From positions 7,852 to 71,851 of the forward strand of contig JBPCON010000035.1 in NCBI GenBank assembly GCA_051000215.1: a DNA stretch of 64,000 nt. Reading direction: 5' to 3'. The DNA is from Acidimicrobiales bacterium. GTDB taxonomy: Bacteria > Actinomycetota > Acidimicrobiia > Acidimicrobiales > JACDCH01. This document shows, one piece after another, positions 19,432 to 28,536 of the stretch; the first letter of the stretch is position 1, and every line of letters begins with the position of its first letter. The translations under genes were made by a program, and so were the position numbers. Under the pieces are notes generated by a model. The model had not been told where the DNA came from, ran no database searches, and saw only the letters and a list, made by a program, of their open reading frames with translations.

Positions 19432-21777
19432 GCGCTGCAGGAGCCGACGGGCCCCGGCCTTGTCGAGTGGCTCGTTCCAGTTGCCGCACTTGGGCGACTG
19501 CACGCACGACGGGCATCCTTCGACGCAGGCGCAGGTCGCCACCAGCTCGAGGGTGGCATGCAGCAGGCGCCCCGCCTCGGCGTAGCCGAGCTCAGCGATG
19601 CCGGCGCCGCCCGGGTAGCTGTCGTAGACGACGATGGTTGGCGTGCCGGTGTCGCCGTGTTGCACGCTCGACACGCCGCCGACGTCCCAGCGATCGCAGA
19701 TCGTGAACAGCGGCAACATGCCGATGGCGGCGTGCTCGACAGCATGCAGCGTCCCGGGCCATGCGGGCATGCGCAGCCCGGCATCACGCAGCACGCCCCG
19801 CTCGACCGTGAGCCAAAAGCCGCGGGTCGAGAGCGTGGTCGGTGGGAGCTCGAGCGCTTCGGCGGTGATGACCTCGCCCGTCGACGCGTTCTTGCGCTGG
19901 AAGCCGACGACCTGGGAGACGACCTCGAGTGAACCGAGCGAGACCGCAGCCAGCCCGAGGGCGCGGCAGGCGTCGACTTCGATGATGCGGAACTGCGCCT
20001 CGGTGCGCGCCAGCGTGTACTCGTCGGCTTCGCTGGGCTCGACGATTGCCACTCGGTCGTCGAGGTCGAGATCGGTGACCAGGTAGCCGGCGCCTTGGTG
20101 CACGTAGTGCGCGCCGGGATGAACGAGCTCGAAGGCGCGACCTTCGTCGACGGTGCCGACGAGTGAGCCGTCGGCGCGAGCGATGCGGTACTCGTGCGCC
20201 GAGCCCGTACGCAGCCCGACGCCATGGGCAGGGAATCCGCGGGCTGAGTAGAACGCTGTCGTGCGCGGGCGCTTGCGGTCGGGTGGACGGACCTTGAGGC
20301 GCTCGTCGCCCACCAGCGCGCGCACGCCCTCCTCGAGCAGGCCGGGCCACCATCGCTCGTCGGCGTGTGTCAAGGGATGCTCGAACGCAGCGCACGCTAG
20401 GTGCGGGAGCAACACGAAGGGGTTCGATGGGTTGATCACCGCCGGCTCCGGCGGCCGGGTGAAGACCTCGCTCGGGTGCGCGAGCAGCCACTGGTCGAGC
20501 TGGTCGTCGCCAGCGACGAGCACGGCCAACGACTCGCTCTGCTCGCGCCCCGCTCTCCCCATCTGCTGCCACATCGAGGCGATGGTGCCGGGGAAGCCGT
20601 CGAGCACGCATCCGTCGAGCCCGCCCACGTCGACGCCGAGCTCGAGCGCTGTCGTGGCCACCACGCCTCGCAGGCGACCACCGAAGAGTTCGGTCTCGAT
20701 CGCGCGACGTTCTTCCGGCAGGTAGCCGCCTCGGTAGGGGCGAACGGTGTCGGCCAGCTCGGGAGGCAGGCGCCGACGCACGTCCGCCGCGACCACCTCC
20801 GTGGCGCGTCGGCTGCGTGCGAAGCCGATGGTGCGATGTCCTGCGCGGATCAGCTCGGCGAGAAGGGAGGCGGTCTCGCTGTGGGCCGAGGCGCGTGCCC
20901 GGGTCGGGCGACCGACTCGGAGGCTCTCCTCGGCGCCATCGCAGGCGCGAGCGAGCCGCAGCGCCTCGGGCGGCCCGAAGCGGTCGTCGAGCAGCGGCGG
21001 GTTCCAGAGAGCGACGAGACGTTCGCCGCGTGGAGAACCGTCTGTGGTGATGGCCTCGACGGCGTCGCCCCACAACGCGGATGCGAGGTCGGCCGGATCG
21101 CCGATGGTGGCCGAGCACGAGACGAGCGTCGGGCCCGAGCCGTAGCACGCTGCCAATCGTCTGAGCCTGCGCAGGAGGTGCGCGACGTGCGTGCCGAAGA
21201 TGCCGCGGAACGTGTGGAGCTCGTCGAGGACCACGAAGCGCAGACGCATGAGGAACGTCGCCCAACGTGCGTGGTGGGGGAGAAGCGCGCAGTGGAGCAT
21301 CTCGGGGTTGGTGAGCACGACGTTGGCGTGTCGTCGCACCCACGCTCGCTCCTCGGGGCTCGAGTCGCCGTCATAGCAGGCCGCGACAACCCCCGGGAGC
21401 TGCAGTGAGGTCAGCGCGCGCAGCTGGTCGTGGGCCAGAGCCTTGGTCGGAAAGACGAGCAGCGCTGTGCCAGGACGGACCGGGTCGGCCACGGCCTCGC
21501 CGATGGCCAGCTGGTAGCACAGCGACTTGCCTGAGGCGGTGCCCGTTGTGATCGCGACGCAACGCCGGGCACGCACCCGATCGATGGCATCGGCCTGGTG
21601 CGACCACAGGCCGCCGGGAGGCACGGCGCGGGCGACGCCGTCTGGCAGCGCGCGGGCGAGCGAGCCGCCAAGCGCTGGCCGGGCCGGGATGCGCTCCAAG
21701 TGCACGAGACGACCATCGCCGCCGAGCGTGCCGAGGATGTCCTCGAACGTCGGGGCGTGCACGCCAAGGGCAACCAT
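19411..21777 (-). CDS. DEAD/DEAH-box helicase with a C-terminal DUF1998 zinc-ribbon ('helicase/secretion neighbourhood' helicase, MrfA/Rv3649-like)
   Basis: Motif I TGTASGKS, motif II VLDELH, motif VI. C-terminal Cys cluster CACVEGCPSCVQSPKCGNWNE. Confidence 0.9.
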   Translation of the reverse strand: MVALGVHAPTFEDILGTLGGDGRLVHLERIPARPALGGSLARALPDGVARAVPPGGLWSHQADAIDRVRARRCVAITTGTASGKSLCYQLAIGEAVADPVRPGTALLVFPTKALAHDQLRALTSLQLPGVVAACYDGDSSPEERAWVRRHANVVLTNPEMLHCALLPHHARWATFLMRLRFVVLDELHTFRGIFGTHVAHLLRRLRRLAACYGSGPTLVSCSATIGDPADLASALWGDAVEAITTDGSPRGERLVALWNPPLLDDRFGPPEALRLARACDGAEESLRVGRPTRARASAHSETASLLAELIRAGHRTIGFARSRRATEVVAADVRRRLPPELADTVRPYRGGYLPEERRAIETELFGGRLRGVVATTALELGVDVGGLDGCVLDGFPGTIASMWQQMGRAGREQSESLAVLVAGDDQLDQWLLAHPSEVFTRPPEPAVINPSNPFVLLPHLACAAFEHPLTHADERWWPGLLEEGVRALVGDERLKVRPPDRKRPRTTAFYSARGFPAHGVGLRTGSAHEYRIARADGSLVGTVDEGRAFELVHPGAHYVHQGAGYLVTDLDLDDRVAIVEPSEADEYTLARTEAQFRIIEVDACRALGLAAVSLGSLEVVSQVVGFQRKNASTGEVITAEALELPPTTLSTRGFWLTVERGVLRDAGLRMPAWPGTLHAVEHAAIGMLPLFTICDRWDVGGVSSVQHGDTGTPTIVVYDSYPGGAGIAELGYAEAGRLLHATLELVATCACVEGCPSCVQSPKCGNWNEPLDKAGARRLLQRLLELEV

Positions 21778-21882
21778 CCCGGCATCGTAGGCCTTGCATC
21801 GGTGTAGTTACAGGGGTGGAAGTCGCCAGATCGAGCGTCCGGTAGACGCCTGGACACTGGGCTCGCGAGGTAATGTCGCCCG

Positions 21883-22230
21883 GTGGTCGATCTCGGTGTC
21901 GTCGTCGACGAACGCGCAGGATGGGCCGTTGTGGCCGTCAGTGGCGAGATCGACATGGCGACGGCGCCAGCGCTTCGAGAGCGTCTCCACGTGCTGCTCA
22001 GCGGTGGCGCCTCGAACATCATCATCGACCTCGACGGTGTGGGTTTCCTCGACTCGACCGCCCTGGGCGTGCTGGTCGGCACGATGAAGCGAGCCCGAGC
22101 TGTCGGCGGCGACGTTCGCCTCGTCTGCACCCAGCCGCGGGTGGCAAAAGTGCTCGAGATCACCCGTCTCGATCAGGCGTTCAGCACGTTCACGTCGGTC
22201 GAAGGAGCGCTCGAGGCTTCGGGGCTGTAG
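21883..22230 (+). CDS. STAS-domain anti-sigma-factor antagonist (BldG/RsbV-like)
   Basis: AVVAVSGEIDMATAPALRERL...IIDLDGVGFLDSTALGVLVG is a SpoIIAA-type fold with the phosphorylatable Ser in the DST context. Confidence 0.85.
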   Translation: MVDLGVVVDERAGWAVVAVSGEIDMATAPALRERLHVLLSGGASNIIIDLDGVGFLDSTALGVLVGTMKRARAVGGDVRLVCTQPRVAKVLEITRLDQAFSTFTSVEGALEASGL

Positions 22231-22685
22231 TGCCTGGCCTCGACGACAGCGTCGAGCTCGAGCTGCCGGCTCGTCCCGAGTACCTGGCGGTGGTCCGCTC
22301 GGTGGTGACGGAGGTGGCAGAAGCCGCTTCGTCGCTGCCAGCAGCGCGCATCGACGACCTTCGACTCGCCGTCACCGAGGCGTGCGCCAACGCCATCGAC
22401 GCAACGCGACGGTCCTCTGGCAGCCACATCAACTTGCGCTGTGAGCTCGACGGCGCGGGTGTCGTCGTCGAGGTCCACGACGCTGCAGGGGGCTTCGACC
22501 CCGATGCGTTGGTCCCGCACCCGCCCGTGACGAAGCCCGACCGGTTGAAGTTCGAACGCGGCTTGGGCGTCCCGCTCATGCGGGCGCTCGCCGACGAGGT
22601 CACGTTTCGCCAAGAGCGCGGGGGTACGACCGTGCGGCTCGTGGTCGGCGTCGGCAGCCGCCCCCGTGAGCGCGGAACGCTGTGA
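22230..22685 (+). CDS. anti-sigma regulatory factor, HATPase_c Ser kinase (RsbW/ApgA-like)
   Basis: TAGTG junction with the STAS gene. N-box-like LAVTEACANAI; G-box region GLGVPLMRALADEV. Confidence 0.8.
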   Translation: MPGLDDSVELELPARPEYLAVVRSVVTEVAEAASSLPAARIDDLRLAVTEACANAIDATRRSSGSHINLRCELDGAGVVVEVHDAAGGFDPDALVPHPPVTKPDRLKFERGLGVPLMRALADEVTFRQERGGTTVRLVVGVGSRPRERGTL

Positions 22686-22705
22686 GCTGAGACCTCGCTC
22701 AGCTC
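22684..22705. terminator. candidate bidirectional hairpin between convergent genes
   Basis: GAGCTGAG-acctcg-CTCAGCTC perfect 8-bp stem (9 bp with the flanking T:A). It spans both stop codons. There is no U-tract. Confidence 0.4.
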
Positions 22706-23306
22706 AGGTGCTGAAGCTGCTGTAGAGCGAAGACAGCGACGACAGGTAGCTGCTGAAGCTGTCGGAGTCGAAGCTGAAGTCGGTGCTGGAGTCCGAGCTG
22801 GAGTCCGAGCTGGAGTCCGATGAGCTGGAACTCTTCTTCTTGCTGGAGCTGCTCGAGTCTGAGCTGTCGGTCGAACCGGAGCTGTCGCTCGAGGTGTCGA
22901 GCGCGATGCCGCACTCCTTCTTCGAGTAGGCGTTCACGTTGTCGGCAGCCTCTTTGACCTTGTCCGCACCGCCGCTCGCCTTTTCGTACGCGTCGCGCTG
23001 CTTCTTCGTATCGTTGCCTGCGGCCTTCAGCGCCTTGACGAGGTCGTCGAAGTATGAGGCGACAGTCTTCATGTCGTCTTTGATCTCGCTCGGCGCCTTG
23101 GCCGCGAGATCCTTGATGAGCGAGTTCTCCGAGTCGAGCGCCTTCGGGTCGGAATCGCTGAAGGCGTTGTCGAAGCCGCCGCTCTTCTCGTCGGCGGTCT
23201 TGACGGCAGCGCAGAAGGATCCCTTGCTCGCGCTGCTCCCTCCCCCACAGGCCGAGAGGGCGACCATGAACAGACCTGCTACGAGCAAACCCAGGGTCCT
23301 TCGCAC
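22704..23306 (-). CDS. lipoprotein with a Lys-rich helical body and an extreme Ser/Asp-rich C-terminal tail
   Basis: GTG preceded by AAGGAG. Lipobox LFMVALSAC. The tail of about 65 aa is mostly Ser (SSDSSGSTDSSDSSSSSKKKSSSSSDSSSDSSSDSS...). Confidence 0.75.
   Translation of the reverse strand: MRRTLGLLVAGLFMVALSACGGGSSASKGSFCAAVKTADEKSGGFDNAFSDSDPKALDSENSLIKDLAAKAPSEIKDDMKTVASYFDDLVKALKAAGNDTKKQRDAYEKASGGADKVKEAADNVNAYSKKECGIALDTSSDSSGSTDSSDSSSSSKKKSSSSSDSSSDSSSDSSTDFSFDSDSFSSYLSSLSSLYSSFST
22785..22820. repeat. perfect 12-nt tandem repeat x3 (GCTGGAGTCCGA) inside the Ser/Asp tail coding region
   Basis: Read directly: 22785-22796, 22797-22808 and 22809-22820 are identical. They encode the (SDSS)n-type repeat on the minus strand. 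Confidence 0.9.
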
Positions 23307-23447
23307 CGTGCACGCTCCTTCTCGGCAGCAGTGACTGCCGCACCACCGTTCCCGGTCGAGCCCCGCGCTCGCCTCCGGATCAGCGCCGTCGCGCGATCAG
23401 GAGCGACGTTAGTTGAGGTTGCGACGCAACCGGGCGGAATCGCGAGG

Positions 23448-23891
23448 TCAGCTCCGGGGGCCGAGCTCGGACAGGTCCGAGGCCGGCGCATCGATCTTGC
23501 AGGTGTTCGCGAGGTAGGTGCCGACCGCCGCGACGTCACTTGGCGCGGCGCCCAGCACGTCGAGCGCTTTTGATGCGGCATCCGGATCGCGGGGAGCGAT
23601 CGTCGCGAGTTGGTGCACGTAGCTCACGAAGGACGGCCACTTGTCGGCAATCGCAGCTGGGGGGACGAGCCCGTCGATCCGCTCTGCTACCCGGGCGACC
23701 CCGCGAGGGTCGGTGAGCGCGTTGCCACTCAACCCGGCCACGATGCCGCGCGCCGAGTCGCAGAACGACGCAGCGTCGTCGCCCCACGAAGCTGCCCCCG
23801 ATCCGCTGCTCCCACCGCAGGCTCCGAGCCCGACGACGATCCCGACGAGGGCTGCCACGGCCCAACCTCGGCAGCGGCGCGAACCGCTCAC
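23448..23891 (-). CDS. lipoprotein, paralogue of 22704..23306 without the Ser-rich tail
   Basis: GTG 23891 overlaps the fadE-like stop (GTGA). Lipobox VVGLGAC. Shares GGSS.S...SFC near the N-terminus and a C-terminal Cys (NTCKID vs KECGIA) with its neighbour. Confidence 0.65.
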   Translation of the reverse strand: MSGSRRCRGWAVAALVGIVVGLGACGGSSGSGAASWGDDAASFCDSARGIVAGLSGNALTDPRGVARVAERIDGLVPPAAIADKWPSFVSYVHQLATIAPRDPDAASKALDVLGAAPSDVAAVGTYLANTCKIDAPASDLSELGPRS

Positions 23892-25105
23892 GCCCACTTG
23901 CGCAGCTCCCTGCGCGCGACGACACCGCGATGCACCTCGTCGGGGCCGTCGGCGAGGCGCAGCGTGCGCACGTGGGCATAGGCGAGCGAGAGCCCGAAGT
24001 CGGGTCCGACCCCGCCAGCGCCATGAGCTTGGATCGCGTGGTCGAGCACGCGCAGCGCCATCAGCGGCACAGCGACTTTGATGCCGGACACCTCCGTGCG
24101 CGCCGCTTTGTTGCCCTGCGAGTCCATCAGCCATGCCGAGTAGAGCGTGTAGAGCCGGGCCTGATCGATCTCGATGCGGGCATCGGCGATCCATTCCTGG
24201 ATCACGCCCTGCTCGCTGAGCGCGCGGCCGAACGCCTCGCGTCCGGAGACCCGCACGCACATCGCCTCGAGCGCGCGCTCGGCCACTCCGATCGTGCGCA
24301 TGCATTGGTGGATGCGCCCGGGCCCGAGCCGGGCCTGCGCGATCGCGAACCCGCCGCCCTCCTCACCGAGCACGCTCGAAGCCGGAACGCGCACGTTGTC
24401 GAACGTGATCTCGCAATGGCCCTCACGGTCGACGTAACCGAAGACCTCGAGGTTGCGCACGATCGTGACGCCCGGGGTGTCGACGGGCACGAGGACCATC
24501 GACTGCTGGAGGTGCCTCGAAGCTCCAGGGTCGGTCTTGCCCATGAGGATGAAGATCTTGCAGCGCGCCGAAGCCGCGCCGGAGATCCACCACTTGCGAC
24601 CGTTGATCACGTAGTCGTCGCCTTCGCGCTCGATGCGACACGCGATGTTCGTCGCGTCGCTCGACGCGACGGCTGGCTCGGTCATCGCGAACGCGGATCG
24701 GATCTCCCCTTCGAGCAAGGGCTGCAGCCACCGCTCCTGTTGCTCGGACGTCCCGAACATGGTGAGGATCTCCATGTTCCCCGTGTCGGGTGCCGAGCAG
24801 TTGCACGCCTCGCTGGCGAGCCCCGATCGGCCCATGATCTCTGCCAGAGGCGCGTAGTCGAGGTTGGACAGGCCTTCCGTCCACTCGGTCTTGTGCGGGA
24901 GGAACAGGTTCCACAGCCCGCGCCGCTTCGCCTCGGCCTTGAGGTCTTCGATCACAGCCGGGTGGTGGTGCGGGTCACCCGAACGGCGCATCTGCTCTGC
25001 GTAGATCGACTCGGCCGGGTACACGTGGTCGTCCATGAAGGCGAGCAACTCTCCTTGGAGGCGCTGCGCGGTGGCCGACAAGGCGAAGTCCATGGCTCGG
25101 GACAC
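23888..25105 (-). CDS. acyl-CoA dehydrogenase (FadE2/ACAD10-like)
   Basis: 405 aa. [21 protein letters not shown], the QAHGAGG C-terminal signature, and the catalytic-base region. Confidence 0.9.
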   Translation of the reverse strand: MSRAMDFALSATAQRLQGELLAFMDDHVYPAESIYAEQMRRSGDPHHHPAVIEDLKAEAKRRGLWNLFLPHKTEWTEGLSNLDYAPLAEIMGRSGLASEACNCSAPDTGNMEILTMFGTSEQQERWLQPLLEGEIRSAFAMTEPAVASSDATNIACRIEREGDDYVINGRKWWISGAASARCKIFILMGKTDPGASRHLQQSMVLVPVDTPGVTIVRNLEVFGYVDREGHCEITFDNVRVPASSVLGEEGGGFAIAQARLGPGRIHQCMRTIGVAERALEAMCVRVSGREAFGRALSEQGVIQEWIADARIEIDQARLYTLYSAWLMDSQGNKAARTEVSGIKVAVPLMALRVLDHAIQAHGAGGVGPDFGLSLAYAHVRTLRLADGPDEVHRGVVARRELRKWA

Positions 25106-25119
25106 TACGTTGCCGTGCC

Positions 25120-25815
25120 ATGGCCGTGACCTACGCCCTCGACAGCTCGGTTGCCGTCATCACCATCGACGACGGCAAGGCCAACGCGTACTCCCATGAG
25201 GTGCTCGCCGGCCTGCGCGACGCCCTCGATCGCGCGGAACGGGAGGCAAAGGCGGTGTTGCTCGTCGGGCGCGAGGGGCGGTTCTCCGCTGGGTTCGACC
25301 TGGCCGTCATGACGGCCGGACCCGAGCCGATGCGTGCCCTCGTCGTCGACGGTGCCCGCACGCTCGCGCGGCTCTTCACCTTCCCTCTCCCCGTGATCGC
25401 GGCCTGCACCGGCCACGCGCTGGCTGCCGGCGCGCTCGTGCTGCTCACGGCCGACCATCGGATCGCAGCCGATGGCCCCTACAAGATCGGCCTCAACGAG
25501 GTGGCCATCGGCATGCCGTTGCCCCGGTTCGCTGTGGAGCTCGCCCGCTACCGGATGCCGCCGTCACAGCTCGACTTCGCGTTGCTCGGGCAGGTCTTCG
25601 ACCCAGCCGGCGCTGCCGCCGCGGGCTATGTCGATCGCGTCGTCGACCCGGCCGACCTGCTTGCTGAGGCGGCTGGCACCGCGCAGCGCTACGCGCAGCT
25701 GCGCAGTGGCGCTGTCGCCAGAACGAAGCAGGCTGCGCGGGGCGCGATCGCTCAGGAGATCCTCGACACCGTCGAAGCCGACATGGCATCAATGAGCGCC
25801 CCATCCCCCGGCTGA
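25120..25815 (+). CDS. enoyl-CoA hydratase/isomerase (crotonase) family protein
   Basis: [12 protein letters not shown]...[12 protein letters not shown]...[11 protein letters not shown] are oxyanion-hole motifs. Confidence 0.85.
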   Translation: MAVTYALDSSVAVITIDDGKANAYSHEVLAGLRDALDRAEREAKAVLLVGREGRFSAGFDLAVMTAGPEPMRALVVDGARTLARLFTFPLPVIAACTGHALAAGALVLLTADHRIAADGPYKIGLNEVAIGMPLPRFAVELARYRMPPSQLDFALLGQVFDPAGAAAAGYVDRVVDPADLLAEAAGTAQRYAQLRSGAVARTKQAARGAIAQEILDTVEADMASMSAPSPG

Positions 25816-25857
25816 TCGCAAGGGCCAGGTCTTGACACGACGGGACGCCGTCCGCCC

Positions 25858-28509
25858 ATGCTGGATTTCATGCCCAAGCCGCTCGTGATCGTCGAGTCGC
25901 CAGCCAAGGCCCGCACCATCGCGGGGTTCCTTGGCCGCGATTTCACGGTGCTGGCGTCAATGGGCCATGTCCGCGACCTGCCTTCGAAGGGGCTTTCGGT
26001 CGACGTCGACGACGACTTCAAGGTCGTCTACGAGGTGAGCCCTCGCAAGAAGGAGGTCATCGCCCAGCTGCGCGCTGCGCTCAAGGATGCCGACGAGCTG
26101 TACCTCGCAACCGACGAGGACCGCGAGGGCGAGGCCATCTCCTGGCACCTCCTCGAGATCCTCAAGCCCAAGGTGCCGGTCAAGCGGATGGTCTTCCACG
26201 AGATCACCCGCCAGGCGATCCAGCATGCGGTCGACAACCACCGCGACGTCGATCTCGGTCTCGTCGACGCGCAGGAGAGCCGTCGCATCGTCGACAGGTT
26301 GTACGGCTACCCGATCTCCGAGGTGTGCTGGCGCAAGATACGGCCGCGCCTGTCGGCAGGGAGGGTGCAATCGCCTGCGGTGCGCCTCGTCGTCGAACGC
26401 GAGCGCGAGCGGATGGCGTTCGTCGCTGCTTCGTACTGGAATCTGTCCGCAGCGTTCTCCACGACGCCAGCTTTCAGTGCCGGGCTCGTGGCCATCGAGG
26501 GGCGGCGGGTCGCGCAGGGCAAGGACTTCGACTCCGACGGCCATGCCGAGCGCGAGGACATCGCCGTGCTCGACGAGACGACAGCGACACAGCTCGTCGC
26601 TGCTCTGGCCGGCGCGCAGTACTCGGTGCGCAGCGTGGAGACGAAGCCGTACTCATCACGGCCCAAGCCCCCGTTCATCACCTCGACGTTGCAGCAGGTC
26701 GGCGGAAGCCGCCTGCGGATGACGGCGCGCCAGGTCATGAGCGTTGCACAGGGCCTCTACGAACGCGGCTACATCACGTACATGCGCACCGACTCGACGA
26801 CGTTGAGCGCGGCAGCGATCTCTGCGGCACGCCAGTCGATCGAGCGGCGCTTCGGGCGCGAATACTTGCTCGACCAACCACGCACCTACGCCAAGAAGGC
26901 GAAGAACGCGCAAGAGGCCCACGAGGCGATCCGCCCAGCGGGCGACGCATGGAAGGCGCCTGACGAGCTGCGCCGCGAGCTCAGCGGCGAAGACCTTCGT
27001 CTCTACGAGCTCATCTGGCAGCGCACGCTCGCTTCGCAGATGCCCGACGCAACAGGCTCCACGGTTAGCGCTCGCCTGGTGGCGTCGACCGATGCTGACG
27101 TCGAGACCGAGTGGGCCGCTTCGGGGACGACGATCACCTTCCCCGGTCACCGTGCCGTGTACGGGTTCGCTGGCGACGACTCGGCGACCGAGGGCGACGC
27201 CGACAGCGCCAAGCTGCCGCCGCTCGCAGAGGGCGACGTGCTCCCCGCCCCCGACCTCGCAGCCGACGGTCACACCACCCAGGCGCCCCCTCGGTACACC
27301 GAGGCAACCCTGGTGAAAGCCCTCGAGGACAAGGGCATCGGCCGCCCGTCGACCTACGCGTCGATCATGCAGACCATCCAGGATCGCGAGTACGTCTGGA
27401 AGAAGGGCCAGGCTCTTGTGCCGACCACGGATGCCTTCGCGGTGGTCACCCTGCTCGAGCGCAACTTCAGCCAACTCGTCGACTACGAGTTCACCGCTCG
27501 CATGGAAGACGATCTCGACGAGATCGCGGGGGGCCGCGCGCAGCGGGTTCCCTGGCTTCGCAAGTTCTGGTTCGGCAACGGCACACCCGGCGTGAAGACG
27601 CTCGTTGCCGAAGCCATCGAGCATGCCGACCCGGTTGAGATCAACGCCATCCCCATCGGCAAGGACGAGATGGGCGTCGAGGTCGTCGTACGCAACGGCA
27701 AGTACGGCCCCTATGTGAAGCGCGGCGAGGACACGGCGTCGCTTCCGCCCGACCTCCCCCTCGACGAGCTCACGGTCGACCGAGCGCTCGAGTTGCTCGA
27801 TGCGCCGAAAGGCGACGAGCCGATCGGCGTCGAGCCAGCGTCGGGTCTGCCGGTGTTCGCGAAGAACGGACGCTTCGGTCCCTACGTCGCGCTCGGAGAC
27901 ACCGAGTCGTTGCCGGCCGGCGCGAAGCCGAAGATGGCATCGCTCTTCAAGACGATGGACCTCGCGACCATCACGCTCGACGACGCACTGCGATTGCTTT
28001 CCCAGCCTCGCGTTGTGGGCGCTGACCCGAGCGACAACGCGGAGATCACCGCGCAGAACGGCCGCTACGGGCCTTACATCGCCAAGGGTAAAGAAACGCG
28101 CTCGTTGCAGGACGAGGAGCAGATCTTCTCGATCGGGCTCGAGGAGGCGCTGCTCGTCCTCGCACAACCGAAGTACGGCGCGAAGCGAGCCCCGGCCCCG
28201 CCGCTGAAGGAGCTCGGCAACGATCCGGTGACGGGCGAGCCCATCGTGTTGAAGGACGGGCGCTTCGGTCCCTACGTGACCGATGGCATGAGCAACGCGT
28301 CGCTGCGCAAGGGCGACAGCATCGAGAACGTCACCCCCGAACGCGCAGCCGAGCTGCTCGTGCTGCGTCGCGAGTACGACGCGACGAACCCCAAGAAGAA
28401 GAAGGCGCCAGCCAAGAAAAAGGCAACGGGGAAGAAGGCCGCGGCGAAAAAGGCCGCGCCGAGGAAGGGGGCTGCGAAGAAGCGGCCCGTGTCGCGGGAG
28501 CAGGCGTAA
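25858..28509 (+). CDS. topA: DNA topoisomerase I with a Lys-rich C-terminal tail
   Basis: TOPRIM LVIVESPAKARTI, active-site region YITYMRTDS, repeated C-terminal GRFGPYV modules, terminal KKKKAPAKKKATGKKAAAKKAA. Confidence 0.95.
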   Translation: MLDFMPKPLVIVESPAKARTIAGFLGRDFTVLASMGHVRDLPSKGLSVDVDDDFKVVYEVSPRKKEVIAQLRAALKDADELYLATDEDREGEAISWHLLEILKPKVPVKRMVFHEITRQAIQHAVDNHRDVDLGLVDAQESRRIVDRLYGYPISEVCWRKIRPRLSAGRVQSPAVRLVVERERERMAFVAASYWNLSAAFSTTPAFSAGLVAIEGRRVAQGKDFDSDGHAEREDIAVLDETTATQLVAALAGAQYSVRSVETKPYSSRPKPPFITSTLQQVGGSRLRMTARQVMSVAQGLYERGYITYMRTDSTTLSAAAISAARQSIERRFGREYLLDQPRTYAKKAKNAQEAHEAIRPAGDAWKAPDELRRELSGEDLRLYELIWQRTLASQMPDATGSTVSARLVASTDADVETEWAASGTTITFPGHRAVYGFAGDDSATEGDADSAKLPPLAEGDVLPAPDLAADGHTTQAPPRYTEATLVKALEDKGIGRPSTYASIMQTIQDREYVWKKGQALVPTTDAFAVVTLLERNFSQLVDYEFTARMEDDLDEIAGGRAQRVPWLRKFWFGNGTPGVKTLVAEAIEHADPVEINAIPIGKDEMGVEVVVRNGKYGPYVKRGEDTASLPPDLPLDELTVDRALELLDAPKGDEPIGVEPASGLPVFAKNGRFGPYVALGDTESLPAGAKPKMASLFKTMDLATITLDDALRLLSQPRVVGADPSDNAEITAQNGRYGPYIAKGKETRSLQDEEQIFSIGLEEALLVLAQPKYGAKRAPAPPLKELGNDPVTGEPIVLKDGRFGPYVTDGMSNASLRKGDSIENVTPERAAELLVLRREYDATNPKKKKAPAKKKATGKKAAAKKAAPRKGAAKKRPVSREQA

Positions 28510-28536
28510 CCCGGGGCGCCGGTAGCCTCGCCCCCG

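Noticed and set aside
19411-21777. The helicase with a DUF1998 tail as part of a phage-defence system (DISARM-like DrmA/DrmB logic).
   Set aside because: No methyltransferase, PLD nuclease or separate DUF1998 partner lies nearby. The gene sits in the conserved housekeeping Tad/helicase neighbourhood shared with Mycobacterium and Streptomyces, and resembles MrfA/Rv3649-type repair helicases.
28331-28509. A purine-rich AAG/GCC repetitive stretch that looks like a nucleotide repeat.
   Set aside because: It is the coding sequence of the Lys/Ala-rich C-terminal tail of TopA, a known feature of actinobacterial TopA, not an independent repeat element.
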